Positions 63,240-64,000 of a stretch of DNA of 64,000 bases are shown in pieces. The DNA is taken from positions 186,001 through 250,000 of the forward strand of contig NIVC01000027.1 in assembly GCA_002269645.1 (NCBI GenBank), given 5' to 3'. Origin of the DNA: Macrostomum lignano (taxonomy: Eukaryota). Each line of letters starts with the position of its first letter. Within the stretch, counting starts at the first letter, position 1. The position numbers were made by a program, and so were the translations under genes. The notes under the pieces were generated by a model, which had not been told where the DNA came from, did not search any database, and saw only the letters and a program-made list of their open reading frames with translations.

Positions 63240-64000
63240 TAGAGATGTCCAATATCGTAGATATTGACTGAGATTAGAGATATTGACTGAGATTATAGAT
63301 ACCCAGTATAGATATTGACTGAGATTAGAGATATCCAATGTAGATATTAACTGAGATTAGAGATACCCAATGTAGATATTAACTGAGATTAGAGATACCA
63401 AATATAGATATCCACTGAGATTAGAGATACCCAATGTAGATATCAACTGAGATTAGAGATACCCAATGAAGATATCAACTGAGATTAGAGATACCCAATG
63501 AAGATATCAACTGAGATTAGAGATACCCAATGTAGATATCAACTGAGATTAGAGATACCCAATGAAGATATCAACTGAGATTAGAGATACTCAATAAAGA
63601 TATCCACTGAGATTAGAGATACCCAATGAAGATATCAACTGAGATTAGAGATACCCAATGTAGATATCAACTGAGATTAGAGATACCCAATGAAGATATC
63701 AACTGAGATTAGAGATACCAAATATAGATATCAACTGAGATTAGAGATACCCAATGAAGATATCAACTGAGATTAGAGATACTCAATAAAGATATCCACT
63801 GAGATTAGATATACCCAATGAAGACATCAACTGAGATTAGAGATACCCAATGAAGATATCAACTGAGATTAGAGATACCCAATGAAGATATCAACTGAGA
63901 TTAGAGATACCCAATGAAGATATCAACTGAGATTAGAGATACTCAATAAAGATATCCACTGAGATTAGAGATACCCAATGAAGATATCAACTGAGATTAG
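63240..64000. repeat. 32-bp intronic tandem repeat (AACTGAGATTAGAGATACCCAATGAAGATATC)n
   Basis: Directly visible; runs off the window end. Confidence 0.95.

Overview
Eukaryotic (animal-like, probably invertebrate) genomic DNA with GT-AG introns and a very high repeat load. Host genes: a tandem trio of one-intron ankyrin + 6-TM TRPV-like channel genes (minus strand, 20.7-30.9 kb), a complete BCS1 gene, the first exons of an ACBD6-like acyl-CoA-binding gene, and a candidate short secreted-peptide gene. Mobile DNA: two full-length APE-RT-RNaseH LINEs (LOA/Lian-like) with a shared 3' end; a complete 6.0-kb CMC/EnSpm-type DNA transposon (TIRs, 2-bp TSD, intact transposase, spliced accessory gene); an 11.3-kb CMC-like deletion derivative carrying the second LINE; a degraded Gypsy pol; several MITEs; two tRNA-derived SINE-like repeats; and many satellites. 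The most unusual segment is 6.8-10.8 kb: a Crypton-like tyrosine recombinase next to an Ulp1 protease-PHD fragment, bracketed by inverted copies of a self-palindromic module. All calls are from motif recognition and by-eye alignment; no database searches were run.
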